NCBI GenBank assembly: GCA_019358855.1
Contig: JAHHII010000002.1
Span: 124,690 to 188,689, forward strand
Length of the DNA stretch: 64,000 nucleotides
DNA from: Timaviella obliquedivisa GSE-PSE-MK23-08B
Lineage (GTDB): Bacteria; Cyanobacteriota; Cyanobacteriia; Elainellales; Elainellaceae
Direction of reading: 5' to 3'
Every line of letters begins with the position of its first letter. The first letter of the stretch is position 1. Below, piece after piece: positions 1 to 11,515 of the stretch. Made by a program: the position numbers and the translations under genes. The notes below the pieces were generated by a model. That model worked only from the letters and a program-made list of their open reading frames with translations. It made no database searches and was not told the DNA's origin.

Positions 1-397
1 GTCCAATCGTTTCCCTTGCCGACGACCTGCCGCCGCCTTGCCAGTTACGAATACCATACTTGGCATCATAGGTTGCATCAGCATGGGAAGGACGATACTT
101 CTGCGCCATTTCATCGTAGTCCTGGGATCGTGCGTCTTTGTTACGCACTAAGATGGCGATCGGTGTTCCAGTTGTTTTTCCAGCAAACACACCCGAAAGT
201 ATCTCGCAGGTATCACTTTCGTTGCGAGGTGTCGTGATTTTGCTCTGACCTGGACGACGGCGATCGAGTTCAAACTGAATTTCTTCAGATGAGATTTCTA
301 GTAGTGGTGGGCAACCATCAATGACAACCCCAACCCCGCCACCATGGGATTCACCAAAGGTGGTAATGCGAAAAAGATGACCAAAAGTATTGCCCAT
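1..397 (-). CDS. aroC: chorismate synthase, N-terminal part (3' end lies beyond the window edge)
   Basis: Reverse-strand translation from the ATG at 395-397 reads [31 protein letters not shown]...[31 protein letters not shown], the conserved chorismate synthase N-terminus. The ORF is open at the window edge, so it is absent from the supplied track. Confidence 0.9.
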   Translation of the reverse strand, partial: MGNTFGHLFRITTFGESHGGGVGVVIDGCPPLLEISSEEIQFELDRRRPGQSKITTPRNESDTCEILSGVFAGKTTGTPIAILVRNKDARSQDYDEMAQKYRPSHADATYDAKYGIRNWQGGGRSSARETIG

Positions 398-400
398 AGT

Positions 401-448
401 GCTGCCTGCTACATATCTTGCAAGATTTTGATTTTAGCAGGTGGCAGC
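401..448 (-). terminator. imperfect long hairpin between the bactofilin stop and the aroC start (terminator or processing site)
   Basis: GCTGCCTGCTA (401-411) pairs with TAGCAGGTGGCAGC (435-448) with a 2-nt bulge. The inner palindrome ATCTTG/CAAGAT lies at 415-426. There is no clear U-tract. Confidence 0.3.
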
Positions 449-483
449 AGTTCCCAAGACTCTTCTAAAACGACAAACATATC

Positions 484-900
484 CTAGTTGCGAACGCTAT
501 CTTCCTGTCCCATCAGTTCAGGAAAACGTGTGCTTGCTGTAGGCAAGGCTCGCATTTCGTCTAAGGCAGTGTCAATATGTCCTGAGTAGCAAGCACCTAT
601 TTGAATATCTAGAGATTGAGCCGTTACATCACCTTCTAAGCGAGCGGTTTTGCTGAGGGTCAGTCGTCCCTCTGCGACTACTCTTGCTTTTACGACTCCA
701 TGAATAATTAAGTTATGGGCTTTCAGTTCTGCGCCTTCAATTAATCCAGTTTGCGAGAGTTCCATATCTCCTTTGACATGAACTGTGCCATGCACAACGC
801 CATCTACCCGCAGATCTCCTTCTACGTTCAAGTTTCCCTGAATTTCACTCGTCGCATTGAGGTACGTCAACGATGAACTGGTTTTCTTTCGCCCAAACAT
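484..900 (-). CDS. bactofilin-family polymer-forming cytoskeletal protein (DUF583/CcmA-like)
   Basis: The ORF track protein from the internal Met reads MFGRKKTSSSLTYLNATSEIQGNLNVEGDLRVDGVVHGTVHVKGDMEL...GRLTLSKTARLEGDV, the repetitive beta-helix pattern typical of bactofilins. I chose the ATG at 898-900 as the start. The upstream extension to 1050 does not look protein-like. Confidence 0.7.
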   Translation of the reverse strand: MFGRKKTSSSLTYLNATSEIQGNLNVEGDLRVDGVVHGTVHVKGDMELSQTGLIEGAELKAHNLIIHGVVKARVVAEGRLTLSKTARLEGDVTAQSLDIQIGACYSGHIDTALDEMRALPTASTRFPELMGQEDSVRN

Positions 901-1135
901 CTTGTTGTCCTGCTGAGTGATGTAAGTTTTCAGTTTAATGTGGCACATTGTATGCACCGATCGCCATGGAGAGGTTTGAAGGCTTTTTCGTGTCTTTGAA
1001 GACTCTAAAGTTATGAGTACGGAGACAGGAATAGCGCGATCGTCGCTCAATGAAGTCTTTCAGCTAAAGTGTCACCTCATTCTTCTCAGTGCAGACTGCA
1101 TTACTTTTTTTACATTTCCTCGTTTATTCCAAAGC

Positions 1136-1168
1136 AAAAAAACGCTCTCCATTTGGAGAGCGTTTTTC
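1136..1168 (-). terminator. rho-independent terminator downstream of psbA
   Basis: AAAAACGCTCTCC-ATTT-GGAGAGCGTTTTT forms a perfect 13-bp stem flanked by A/T runs on both sides. It lies 24 nt after the psbA stop. Confidence 0.8.
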
Positions 1169-1191
1169 TAAAACCTTAAGTTCTTAAGAAA

Positions 1192-2274
1192 CTAACCCCC
1201 AATAACTGGAGCAGTCAAAGCCACAGGAGTAGCAGCACCTGCTGCTAAATCAAGCGGGAAGTTATGAGCATTCCGCTCGTGCATCACTTCCATTCCCAAG
1301 TTTGCCCGGTTCAGCACATCTGCCCAAGTATTCACGACACGACCTTGTGAGTCCAGAATAGACTGGTTGAAATTGAATCCGTTCAAGTTAAATGCCATCG
1401 TGCTAATGCCCAATGCTGTAAACCAAATCCCCACGACGGGCCAGGCACCTAACAAGAAGTGCAAGCTCCGCGAGTTGTTGAAGGAGGCATATTGAAAAAT
1501 CAACCGACCGAAGTAGCCATGAGCCGCAACGATGTTGTAGGTCTCCTCTTCTTGCCCAAACTTGTAACCATAGTTCAAAGATTCGGTTTCAGTCGTCTCG
1601 CGAACCAAGCTCGAAGTTACCAACGAGCCATGCATGGCGGAGAATAAAGCGCCACCAAATACACCAGCCACGCCCAACATATGAAAGGGGTGCATCAAAA
1701 TATTGTGCTCGGCTTGGAACACAAACATGAAGTTAAAGGTTCCAGAGATCCCCAAAGGCATCCCATCAGAGAATGAACCTTGACCAATGGGATAGATCAA
1801 CAACACGGAGGTTGCTGCCGCCACCGGGGCAGAATAGGCAACGCAAATCCAAGGACGCATCCCTAGACGGTAGGACAATTCCCACTGCCGACCCATGTAA
1901 GCAAAAATCCCAATGAGGAAGTGAAAAACGACCAATTGATAAGTACCACCGTTATACAACCACTCATCTAAGGAAGCGGCTTCCCAGATGGGATAAAAGT
2001 GCAACCCGATCGCATTAGAAGAAGGAATCACCGCCCCCGTTATGATATTGTTGCCATACAGCAACGAGCCAGCCACAGGCTCCCGAATTCCATCAATATC
2101 TACAGGTGGAGCTCCAATAAAAGCGATGATGAAACAGATGGTAGCGCTAAGAAGGCAGGGAATCATCAACACACCGAACCAACCAACATAAATGCGGTTA
2201 TCAGTGGAGGTAACCCAGTTGCAAAAACGATCCCATAACCCAGAGTCTTGCTGCTTTTGGAAAGTAGTTGTCAT
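1192..2274 (-). CDS. psbA: photosystem II reaction-centre protein D1
   Basis: The 360-aa protein runs [42 protein letters not shown]...[14 protein letters not shown] plus a 16-aa C-terminal extension. The Mn-cluster ligand region is intact. GRQWELS indicates Gln at position 130. Confidence 0.98.
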   Translation of the reverse strand: MTTTFQKQQDSGLWDRFCNWVTSTDNRIYVGWFGVLMIPCLLSATICFIIAFIGAPPVDIDGIREPVAGSLLYGNNIITGAVIPSSNAIGLHFYPIWEAASLDEWLYNGGTYQLVVFHFLIGIFAYMGRQWELSYRLGMRPWICVAYSAPVAAATSVLLIYPIGQGSFSDGMPLGISGTFNFMFVFQAEHNILMHPFHMLGVAGVFGGALFSAMHGSLVTSSLVRETTETESLNYGYKFGQEEETYNIVAAHGYFGRLIFQYASFNNSRSLHFLLGAWPVVGIWFTALGISTMAFNLNGFNFNQSILDSQGRVVNTWADVLNRANLGMEVMHERNAHNFPLDLAAGAATPVALTAPVIGG

Positions 2275-2619
2275 AATAATTGCTCTTTATTACGAAGAGA
2301 ATGACTCGAAGCAGATGTATTAATCAAGTTAAACTTGAAGTCAAACTTGACTATTTTCATACTATTAGGTTCATCTTTTTTTCCAAGGATTGCTCATTTT
2401 TTGTAACACTTGTTTACAAATTTATACAGACTTAAACTAACTCGTCTGGAGAGAAAAAATGCGAGGGATGAACAATAAATCTTTTGATAGAATTCAAAAT
2501 TATTATTCAGAGTGCAATCAGCAATCCTTTACTTTTTTAGACACGTGGTTTGGGTAATTAGTTTGGGGTAGTTAAAGGTATTAAGACTAACTGATATCCA
2601 GTAAAAGGAAATCTTCTTT

Positions 2620-2829
2620 ATGGAGAAAAAAGTCCGTATCAAAAAACTTAATCGCCAGGACGATATCAAGCGATCGTGGTCAGCAGTTTATCCATTAACA
2701 GAAGATTTTGAAGACAGCTTCCCAGAAGAATGGGATAAAGCAGCAACTGAACCCAATTTTGAAGAAAATACTCCTTCTCCGTGCATGTCCTCTCATAGTC
2801 AGTATGACGAAGATGATACGGCAAAGTAA
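2620..2829 (+). CDS. hypothetical small acidic protein
   Basis: The evidence is a 69-aa ORF only, with no recognisable motif. Confidence 0.25.
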   Translation: MEKKVRIKKLNRQDDIKRSWSAVYPLTEDFEDSFPEEWDKAATEPNFEENTPSPCMSSHSQYDEDDTAK

Positions 2830-2858
2830 AACTAGCAGCAGCCTACCGATCGCTACCC

Positions 2859-3770
2859 TCAGACCGACTGCATCTTCAGGGCTTTAAGGAGTAAACCAGT
2901 CACAGTCGCCGGGGTTTCCAGTTGAGGCAAAACTCCAGCATTGGCGATCGTCCAAACCCACTTCACTGCCTCCGAAAGTTTCGCCAATCGTTCCCCAGTT
3001 TCTACCGTTCCAAAGCGCGATGCCTCACTCCAAACTATTGCGGTTGGCACTGTTAACTGAGACATATAAAGCGATAAATCGAAGCAAAGATCGCCCCGGA
3101 GCGAAGCTAATGCCGCATATGCAGCGTTTGGCTGTTGGGCAGAAGCCAAGTAAGCCTCAACCGTTTCCTGCGTCAGGCGCGATCGATCAGCAAACAAAAA
3201 CTGCTCCAAAAAATTCCGTACCGCGATCTCATTCGCTGCACCCAAAGCATAAATCACTTGGTCAACTCCCGGAATCCCGGCAATCTGTGCCGCCACGTTA
3301 CGCCCATAATCCGCTCCAAAGTCAGCATATCCAGCCGGAGAAACCAGGAAGAGCATTTTGAACAAATCAGGACGTTGGATCGCTAAACGGATTGTAATCC
3401 CTGCCGTAAGGGACGAGGCAACAACAGGCACAGGGCTGCCAATTGCTTCAAGCATTTCGGTCAGAATGGTGAAGTAATCTTCAACCCGATACGTTCTAAC
3501 AGGATGGGCAGATTGTCCCCAACCAATTAGATCAGGAGCAATAACACAATAGCGCGGAGCAAACGCCGGATAAACCTTTGACCATTCGTAAGCAGAGGAA
3601 CCGCCGCCTAGACTATGGAGGAAAACGAGAGGAGGGAATTCGTCATGATTAAATGGGCTTGATGAATTGAGAGTGCGCCATGGAGAGGCGATCGGCGTAT
3701 AGTAAGCCATCGCGCCCAGTGAAGTCTTAATCACTTTCTGCCCAAATCCTGGGGGTTGAAATTGCAACAT
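2859..3770 (-). CDS. alpha/beta-hydrolase-fold protein, apparently lacking the catalytic Asp and His
   Basis: PLVFLHSLGGGSSAYEW (oxyanion region) and VVASSLTAG (nucleophile elbow with Ser retained) fit the fold. The usual GxxD and GH positions read WSEASRF and NAGVLPQLETP. Confidence 0.75.
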   Translation of the reverse strand: MLQFQPPGFGQKVIKTSLGAMAYYTPIASPWRTLNSSSPFNHDEFPPLVFLHSLGGGSSAYEWSKVYPAFAPRYCVIAPDLIGWGQSAHPVRTYRVEDYFTILTEMLEAIGSPVPVVASSLTAGITIRLAIQRPDLFKMLFLVSPAGYADFGADYGRNVAAQIAGIPGVDQVIYALGAANEIAVRNFLEQFLFADRSRLTQETVEAYLASAQQPNAAYAALASLRGDLCFDLSLYMSQLTVPTAIVWSEASRFGTVETGERLAKLSEAVKWVWTIANAGVLPQLETPATVTGLLLKALKMQSV

Positions 3771-3823
3771 AAATTAGAAGATATAACTTTTGCAGAAACT
3801 TTTTATAAAGCCCAGTCAAAAGG

Positions 3824-4561
3824 CTAAAGCATCCAGTCTAAACCAATGCTGACTCGGCTACCTTTATGCTGAAGAGCGTTTTGTCGCTGAAGATCAGTAG
3901 AGAGGCGCAAATTATGAGTCAGGGCATAACCGAAGGTTAGAGTCGTTAATCCAACTTCTTCAGTCTTAGAAGCAGGGTTGAGCCAGCTTTGGGTCAAGGC
4001 AATGTCGGCTGCGCCAGTCCGAGAGAGTTGTAGTTGGATACGCAAGCCTAAGTTAACGCCATCAACACTATAGTGTTCGCTCTCTAACGATCGATATCCT
4101 ATAACAGGAGCCACGTTCACCGAGCTTCCTAAAGGCAAGGCATAATACCGTAGTTCAGAGCCGTAAGATTCTCTTGGTTCATTAAATGCAGCTTGGTAAT
4201 CGGCGCTTAGCGTGAGATGAGATTTAGGTACAAATATATCTTCAATGCCTAAGTAGATGCCTGCTTCATTGCTAGAGGGAAAAGAAGAATAGCCAACTCG
4301 TATCCTAGTTCGGAAACTGGGATCGTTACGAATTTCGGAGAGAACATTGGGAATTTCTTCAGTCCAACGTTGAAGGAGAGGGCTATTTTCGAGAATTTGG
4401 GGATCTAATTCAAGTTGGTCAGCAGTAGGGCGAAACGAGTTAGTCAGATGAGGCTGTGCAGGAGAGTTAGACTGTGCAGGAGAGTTAGACTGTGCAGAAG
4501 CTGCGATCGCCATGCCACAAACTAAGCTAGTCCCTAAAAACCCAACCCAAAGATACTTCAT
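3824..4561 (-). CDS. hypothetical secreted or outer-membrane protein
   Basis: The N-terminal signal peptide MKYLWVGFLGTSLVCGMAIAASA is followed by an SNSPAQ repeat. The rest has an alternating beta-strand-like pattern. Confidence 0.55.
   Translation of the reverse strand: MKYLWVGFLGTSLVCGMAIAASAQSNSPAQSNSPAQPHLTNSFRPTADQLELDPQILENSPLLQRWTEEIPNVLSEIRNDPSFRTRIRVGYSSFPSSNEAGIYLGIEDIFVPKSHLTLSADYQAAFNEPRESYGSELRYYALPLGSSVNVAPVIGYRSLESEHYSVDGVNLGLRIQLQLSRTGAADIALTQSWLNPASKTEEVGLTTLTFGYALTHNLRLSTDLQRQNALQHKGSRVSIGLDWML
4454..4497. repeat. 18-bp in-frame tandem repeat, about 2.4 copies
   Basis: CTGTGCAGGAGAGTTAGA is repeated exactly at 4454-4471 and 4472-4489, followed by a partial third copy. It encodes SNSPAQ units just after the signal peptide. 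Confidence 0.9.
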
Positions 4562-4901
4562 GCCTCAACCCGCTCTTAGCAAAGATACGAGGCAATGGTA
4601 ACAGGGTTACTCCCCCATCTGCTCTATTACTGCCCCTATACGACTGATAAGTTTTTGCCCGTGGCTGGGTCAAAAATATAAAGATGATTCAGGTCAAGCT
4701 GAAGCGGTAAGCGATCGCCTACCTTTGGTTGAAATGCAGGCAACATTTGAATCATTTAAAACTGTAGCCTTGCCCTGATTCCCGCCAAATACTACAGTTC
4801 GCACATCGGTCTACTTCCCTTAACTCTGAAGATACAAGACCTGTGGATCAAGTCTTCCGCAAGGCTGCTCTGTCAACTTGAATTCAGCAACGCCGCCTAA
4901 T

Positions 4902-5540
4902 TTACAAAGACTTTTTACGCTTGTTCCAATGCCGCACAACCCAAACCCCAAAGGCAAGTACTAAGAAAACCGCGATCGCCTTAGAAACAGGACTTAGGTA
5001 TTGATCGACCAGATGATAGTCCAGCTTTTGAATCCCTAACCAATAGCCAATGCCCGTCAACAAGCTCACCCAGCCCAACGTGCCAATGGTGGAATAAATC
5101 AAAAACTGCGCCATCGGCATATTGCTAAAACCCGCAGGCAACGACACTAAGGTACGAATTACTGGCACAAGGCGACCGAAGAGGACAGCTTTTTTGCCGT
5201 GCCTGTGAAACCAGCGCTGAGTTTTGTCAAGTTCTTCAATGGAAATGCCGATCCATCTGCCATGCTTAGCAATCCAGCATTTCAGGCGAGTTTCACCCAT
5301 TACCTTGCCCAAGTAGTACCAGGGGAACGCACCCAAGACGGTGCCGAGAACTCCAGCGATGATGGCAGGGGCGATCGCCAACACGCCATCAGGCTGCGCT
5401 GCGGTATACCCGGCTAAAGGCATAATTAACTCCGAAGGAATCGGCGGAAACAGATTTTCCATAAACATCAAAAAGGCAATTCCCACGTAGCCCAGAGAGT
5501 TCATGGTCTCAATGACCCATTTTGCCATCCATTCAGACAT
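4902..5540 (-). CDS. DedA-family membrane protein
   Basis: MSEWMAKWVIETMNSLGYVGIAFLMFMENLFPPIPSELIMPLAGY is the DedA/SNARE-associated signature. The start is set at the ATG at 5538-5540. Confidence 0.85.
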   Translation of the reverse strand: MSEWMAKWVIETMNSLGYVGIAFLMFMENLFPPIPSELIMPLAGYTAAQPDGVLAIAPAIIAGVLGTVLGAFPWYYLGKVMGETRLKCWIAKHGRWIGISIEELDKTQRWFHRHGKKAVLFGRLVPVIRTLVSLPAGFSNMPMAQFLIYSTIGTLGWVSLLTGIGYWLGIQKLDYHLVDQYLSPVSKAIAVFLVLAFGVWVVRHWNKRKKSL

Positions 5541-5687
5541 CGATTTGTTCCTCGTTGTGCAAAAGCAAGTGTTAGGAGAAACTGAATCTATCAGGCGAAC
5601 GGGCAACAGATTTTCCATTGCCCGCTGCTGATTTTAGATTTTGAACTTTCAATTAATCCTTAATCAATCTAGAACCCAAAAATTGCT

Positions 5688-7001
<1,314 letters not shown>

Positions 7002-7184
7002 TCAGCTTATCAGAAGCTTTAAGTTACCCTTGATTCCATCCATTCTGTTTAGGAGGCAATCCTCTAAAGGCAGAAAATCTTTATATTCGGGCACAAACTT
7101 TTCAAATGTTAACCTTAACAGTCGTTTTTTTGTGTCAAGTCTTTTTGAACCTACTGGAATTTTGCGGATAGGTTCATGAATTTA

Positions 7185-8465
7185 TTATGTTTGTTCACCA
7201 TACCAACGGGTTTGAGGAACTTCTGTGGAGGCAAGCAGCTTACCACGAGAAATTACGTAACGAACGGGGGCGCGACGACGAATAGCATCAAAGCGATCGC
7301 TCGCCTCTAGCACAATTAAATTCGCGGGTTTCCCCACAGCAATGCCATACTGGTCTTCTAAATGCAGAGTTTTTGCACCCTGCCAGGTCACCATGTTGTA
7401 GCAAGCATCAATCTCGGCGCTGCCCGTCATTTGTCCGACATGTACCAGCATTGAGGCAACATCCAGCATATTTCCAGTGCCCAGTGAGTACCAGGGGTCG
7501 AGGATGCAATCATTCCCCAGGCTAACGTTCATGCCTTGCTGACAAAGTTCTTTAACACGGGTTAAGCCTCGCCGCTTAGGATAGGTGTCGGTGCGTCCTT
7601 GCAGCGTGATGTTGATGAGAGGATTGCAGACGAAGTTGATTTGCGTGCGTTGCAAAAAGCCCAGAAGCTTGTAGGCGTACGCATTGTTGTAAGAGCCAAA
7701 AGCGGTAGTGTGGCTGGCAGTCACTCGTGAACCCATATCGGTACGAATGGCACAGGCAGTCATGACTTCTAGAAAGCGAGAGTTGTCATCGTCAATTTCG
7801 TCGCAGTGAATGTCGATCAGGCGATCGTATCTTTCTGCCCAATCAAAGATGCGATGAACAGATTTAACACCATCTTCACGAGTTAGCTCATAGTGAGGAA
7901 TACCGCCAATTACATCCACACCACGGGCGATCGCCTCTTCCATTAAGCTTTCGTTCTTGCCACCACCATTTTTATCTCCGCCATAAATTCCATCTTGCGG
8001 AAAGGCGACAATTTGCAGCGTCATCCAATCCTTAACCGCTTCCCGAACTTCCAGCAATGCCTCAAGCGCAACTAAATTGGCTTCACTAACATCAACATGG
8101 CTACGGACAAATAAAACGCCTTGAATAGCTTGTTGCTTCAGAGTTTCGATCGCGCGACTCTTAACATCTTCGAGGGAAAGATTTTGCTTGCGTTCTCGCC
8201 AAATTTCAATGCCCTCAAACAGTGTGCCACTTTGATTCCATCGGGGCTGTCCAGCAGTTAGAGCAGAGTCAAGATGAATATGGGACTCCACAAAGGGAGG
8301 ACTGACGAGTTGCTCTTGCAGGTCTATCTCTTGTTGAGCCAGAACAGGAATGTGAGGCGATATTTCGGCGATCGCCCCGCCCTGAATTGCAATATCAACA
8401 GGGGCGATCGTGCCATCACTACCCAGCAAGCGACCATTACGGAGCAGCAAGTCGTAAGAAGTCAT
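7185..8465 (-). CDS. codA: cytosine deaminase (amidohydrolase superfamily)
   Basis: It is collinear with E. coli CodA as I recall it: PPFVESHIHLDSALTAGQPRWNQSGTLFEGIEIW, LIDIHCDEIDD, RVTASHTTA, TYPKRRGLTRVKEL. Confidence 0.88.
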   Translation of the reverse strand: MTSYDLLLRNGRLLGSDGTIAPVDIAIQGGAIAEISPHIPVLAQQEIDLQEQLVSPPFVESHIHLDSALTAGQPRWNQSGTLFEGIEIWRERKQNLSLEDVKSRAIETLKQQAIQGVLFVRSHVDVSEANLVALEALLEVREAVKDWMTLQIVAFPQDGIYGGDKNGGGKNESLMEEAIARGVDVIGGIPHYELTREDGVKSVHRIFDWAERYDRLIDIHCDEIDDDNSRFLEVMTACAIRTDMGSRVTASHTTAFGSYNNAYAYKLLGFLQRTQINFVCNPLINITLQGRTDTYPKRRGLTRVKELCQQGMNVSLGNDCILDPWYSLGTGNMLDVASMLVHVGQMTGSAEIDACYNMVTWQGAKTLHLEDQYGIAVGKPANLIVLEASDRFDAIRRRAPVRYVISRGKLLASTEVPQTRWYGEQT

Positions 8466-9085
8466 AGGCGTTAATATCTTTTATTTCTGGACTTTGCCTG
8501 TAGCGATAGACACCGAGTTTTGAGAAATTCTCAAAAATTCCTGTACTAATCTATGTTGGATGCAGCAATTGTCAATAGAATAAGAAATGAGTATGGGAAT
8601 AGACGAGATTCTTATGCCCATTTTAAGCGTTGCCAGTCAACTCAGATCGAGTTAGCTCAATGTTTGTCGATACAATTCCTTGTCTGCGCCGGTGCTTTGT
8701 CAGAGATGTGATGGATTTCTATACAATCCTGAAGTCACTCTCCTTGAATGTAAAGCGAAGCACCGACTCGTTGAGGATGATCTCTGGTTACAACTAAACC
8801 TGTTGTTAATACCCCGGAAGCGATTTTCTTAAGTTTCACAAGAGAACTTTTAGACTGAGCATTCTGAGGCATGAACGATTTAAAATTTGTCCTGTCTGTA
8901 CACCTTGAATACCAAGGGTAAAGGCGGCTCAAATAAGCAACGGGCTAGGTTTCGCGGATCGTTTCGCTCCGTTAAGTTAGAGCAGAATCAATCTCAGAGA
9001 ATGTCCTTGCATAAGCTGAATGGTAGCTTGAGGATAGGCGACATTGACAAGGAGTCATACCCAATTATTAAGGATCAGTCGCTAC

Positions 9086-11491
9086 ATGGAATTTACGATC
9101 GCAGCCTTACTAACTAACTTCACAGATGACAAGTTAGTTGCGCCTAAAGCCCTTGAAAAAAAGCTGAATTGCAAAGATGATGAAGCCCTTCGCAAGTTGC
9201 AAATTGCCCTAGATGCACTGGAACGAATTGGCATTTTAGTGAAAGAACGAGGCAAATATCGCCGCATTGCCGAAGAAGATGTGGTCGAAGGAAAACTTCG
9301 CTGTTCGAGTAAAGGCTTTTGCTTTGCCATTCAAGATGTGGAAGGTTCAGAAGATATCTACATCCGCGAAAGTCATTTGAATACGGCATGGAATAGCGAT
9401 CGCGTCCTCGTTAAAGTCACCAAAGAAGGCACCCGTCGCCGCAGCCCCGAAGGAGAAGTGCGGCTAATTTTAGATCGCTCCAATGCCTCCGTCCTTGCCA
9501 GAGTCAAACAAATCGAAGACAGCTACCGCGCCACACCCTTAGACGATCGCCTGCTTTTTGAAGTCGAACTGCAAGCCAACGGGGTCGATTTGCAAGAAGC
9601 TGTAGACCAGCTTGCCCATGTCGAAATTCTCCGCTACCCGCTAGGGTCTTATCTGCCCATTGGTCGAGTCGCGCAGCTTTTAGGCAGCGATGCCAGAGCC
9701 GCCTCCGAGTTTGATATTGTCTGTTGCAAACACGACTTGCCCCGACATTTTTCCGAAGAAGTTCTAGCCGAAGCCGAAGCCCTACCTGTCAAAATGCGTC
9801 GAGGTGATTTAAAGAATCGCCTGGACTTGCGCAAGATTCCGACCATCACCATTGATGGTCCCGCTACGCCCACAGGTCCCGCGATCGACGATGCCCTTAC
9901 CTTAGAAAAAACCCCAACCGGATGGCGACTCGGCGTGCATATCGCTGATGTTTCCTCCTTCATTCCGACTAACTCAGCTCTGGATCTCGAAGCCCGCAAG
10001 CGAGGTAATTCCATTTACCTGGGCGAAACCGTCTTGCCCATGCTGCCCGATGCCGTGCATCGTTCCTGTTCTTTAGCGGTAGGACAAGATCGACTAGCGG
10101 TATCAGTCCTGTTTGACTTAGATACGGATGGCAACGTCACTGAGTTTCGGATTGAACCCACGGTGATTCAGGTCGATCATCGGTTGGATTATCAGCAGGC
10201 GCAAGCCATCTTGCAGCGCCATGCGTCCTCCGAAGCCGAATCGATGATTGCTCCAGCATATCCCTTGCCTACCCTTGATCAGCTTCAAGAGTTTGAACCT
10301 ATTTTTGAAACGTTAGATCAACTGTTTACTCTCAGCCAGTCAGTTCGGGCACAGCGTCTAGAGCGGGGAGCTTTTGACTTGAACCTGCCTGAAAAAGTGT
10401 TTCCTGATGAGGCAAACCCTGAACTCAGCAAGTTCCTTTCTACCAAGTTTCAATATGACGATGAGGGCGCGCTGGGCGCAATGGTGGTATCAGTCTTCCT
10501 CCCTGCCCGCTCCATTGTGACCGAGCTATTGTTGCTGGCAAACCAGGCGATCGCTTCTCACTTGGTCGATCTACAAGTTCCTGCCATCTACCGAGTTCAC
10601 CGCAGCCCCGATCCTAGCGATGTGCAAGAACTGCTGAAGCTGATCAGCAATATGGAAATCGATTCGCACTTGGAGCAAGAAGACGAAGTTCATCCCCGCG
10701 ACTATCAAAGGCTGGTGGGGCATTTTGCCGAGTCAAAAACCGAGAAAGTGTTGACCTATCTGCTCCTCTCCACCTTCAAGCCCGCCGTTTACAGCACTAC
10801 ACCCGGTGCCCACTTTGGCTTGGCGCTGAACGATGGCTATACTCATTTCACTTCTCCCCTCCGCCGCTATCCCGATCTCCTGATTCACCGATCGCTTCAT
10901 GCCATCTTTGAGTTTGGACGCGATCGCCGCACCACTCGCTCTAAGGAAGCCGTCGATTTGCGCAGCAGTAGTTGTCATGGGCAAATTGGCTGGAACGTTC
11001 TTCCCACCGAAATTTACAACGAGTTGGAGGAACAAATTTTGCCCATTGTCGTTCACCTGACCGAACGCGAGAAACTAGCGCAAGAAGCCGAATCTGACCT
11101 AGAAGGTCTAAAAAAAGCCGATTTCATGCAGCAGCACACAGGCAATACTTTTCATGGATTGATTACGGGCGTTCAGTCCTACGGTTTTTTCGTCGAAATT
11201 GAGGAACTGCTGGTAGAAGGACTAGTGCATGTTAGCTCGTTGAAAGACGACTGGTATGAATATCGATCGCGGCAGCAAAAGCTAGTTGGGCGGAAGAACC
11301 GCAAGCAGTACAAACTGGGCGATCGGGTTGAAGTTCAAGTTAAGAGCGTTGATTACTACCGTCAGCAAATTGACTTAGTGGCAGTTGGCGGCGGCAGTGA
11401 AGCGCTGGAGGATGAAGAACCTTACGAACCTAGCACCCCTGAAGAAGCCTTAGCAGACACGAACGGTCGAGATGGAGAACCTTATGATTAA
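9086..11491 (+). CDS. rnr: ribonuclease R / RNase II-family exoribonuclease
   Basis: The RNB catalytic region (IDGPATPTGPAIDDAL, HFGLALNDGYTHFTSPLRRYPDL) and a C-terminal S1 domain (FHGLITGVQSYGFFVEIEE) are present. The start is taken at the ATG at 9086. Confidence 0.9.
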   Translation: MEFTIAALLTNFTDDKLVAPKALEKKLNCKDDEALRKLQIALDALERIGILVKERGKYRRIAEEDVVEGKLRCSSKGFCFAIQDVEGSEDIYIRESHLNTAWNSDRVLVKVTKEGTRRRSPEGEVRLILDRSNASVLARVKQIEDSYRATPLDDRLLFEVELQANGVDLQEAVDQLAHVEILRYPLGSYLPIGRVAQLLGSDARAASEFDIVCCKHDLPRHFSEEVLAEAEALPVKMRRGDLKNRLDLRKIPTITIDGPATPTGPAIDDALTLEKTPTGWRLGVHIADVSSFIPTNSALDLEARKRGNSIYLGETVLPMLPDAVHRSCSLAVGQDRLAVSVLFDLDTDGNVTEFRIEPTVIQVDHRLDYQQAQAILQRHASSEAESMIAPAYPLPTLDQLQEFEPIFETLDQLFTLSQSVRAQRLERGAFDLNLPEKVFPDEANPELSKFLSTKFQYDDEGALGAMVVSVFLPARSIVTELLLLANQAIASHLVDLQVPAIYRVHRSPDPSDVQELLKLISNMEIDSHLEQEDEVHPRDYQRLVGHFAESKTEKVLTYLLLSTFKPAVYSTTPGAHFGLALNDGYTHFTSPLRRYPDLLIHRSLHAIFEFGRDRRTTRSKEAVDLRSSSCHGQIGWNVLPTEIYNELEEQILPIVVHLTEREKLAQEAESDLEGLKKADFMQQHTGNTFHGLITGVQSYGFFVEIEELLVEGLVHVSSLKDDWYEYRSRQQKLVGRKNRKQYKLGDRVEVQVKSVDYYRQQIDLVAVGGGSEALEDEEPYEPSTPEEALADTNGRDGEPYD

Positions 11492-11515
11492 GAAGTATTC
11501 TTTCTTAATCTCTTC

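Noticed and set aside
1459-2238. Plus-strand ORFs inside psbA (1459-1647, 1999-2238). Similar antisense ORFs occur inside ahcY, rnr, cobQ, hemF, the ATPase, the MCP and cheA.
   Set aside because: They are nested antisense to genes with unambiguous homology, which is typical of shadow ORFs in moderately GC-rich coding sequence.
2275-2420. psbA promoter and 5' UTR elements (-35/-10 boxes, direct repeat AGTTTGACTTCAAGTTTAACTTG on the minus strand)
   Set aside because: The context is plausible, but I could not place -10/-35 hexamers with confidence without a mapped transcription start, so no regulatory feature is claimed.
8735-8932. A small minus-strand ORF (internal Met version MPQNAQSKSSLVKLKKIASGVLTTGLVVTRDHPQRVGASLYIQGE) in the 620-bp codA-rnr gap
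   Set aside because: It has no recognisable family and no ribosome-binding site, and it overlaps a competing plus-strand ORF. I kept it out of the feature list, though the gap is long enough to merit RNA-seq inspection.
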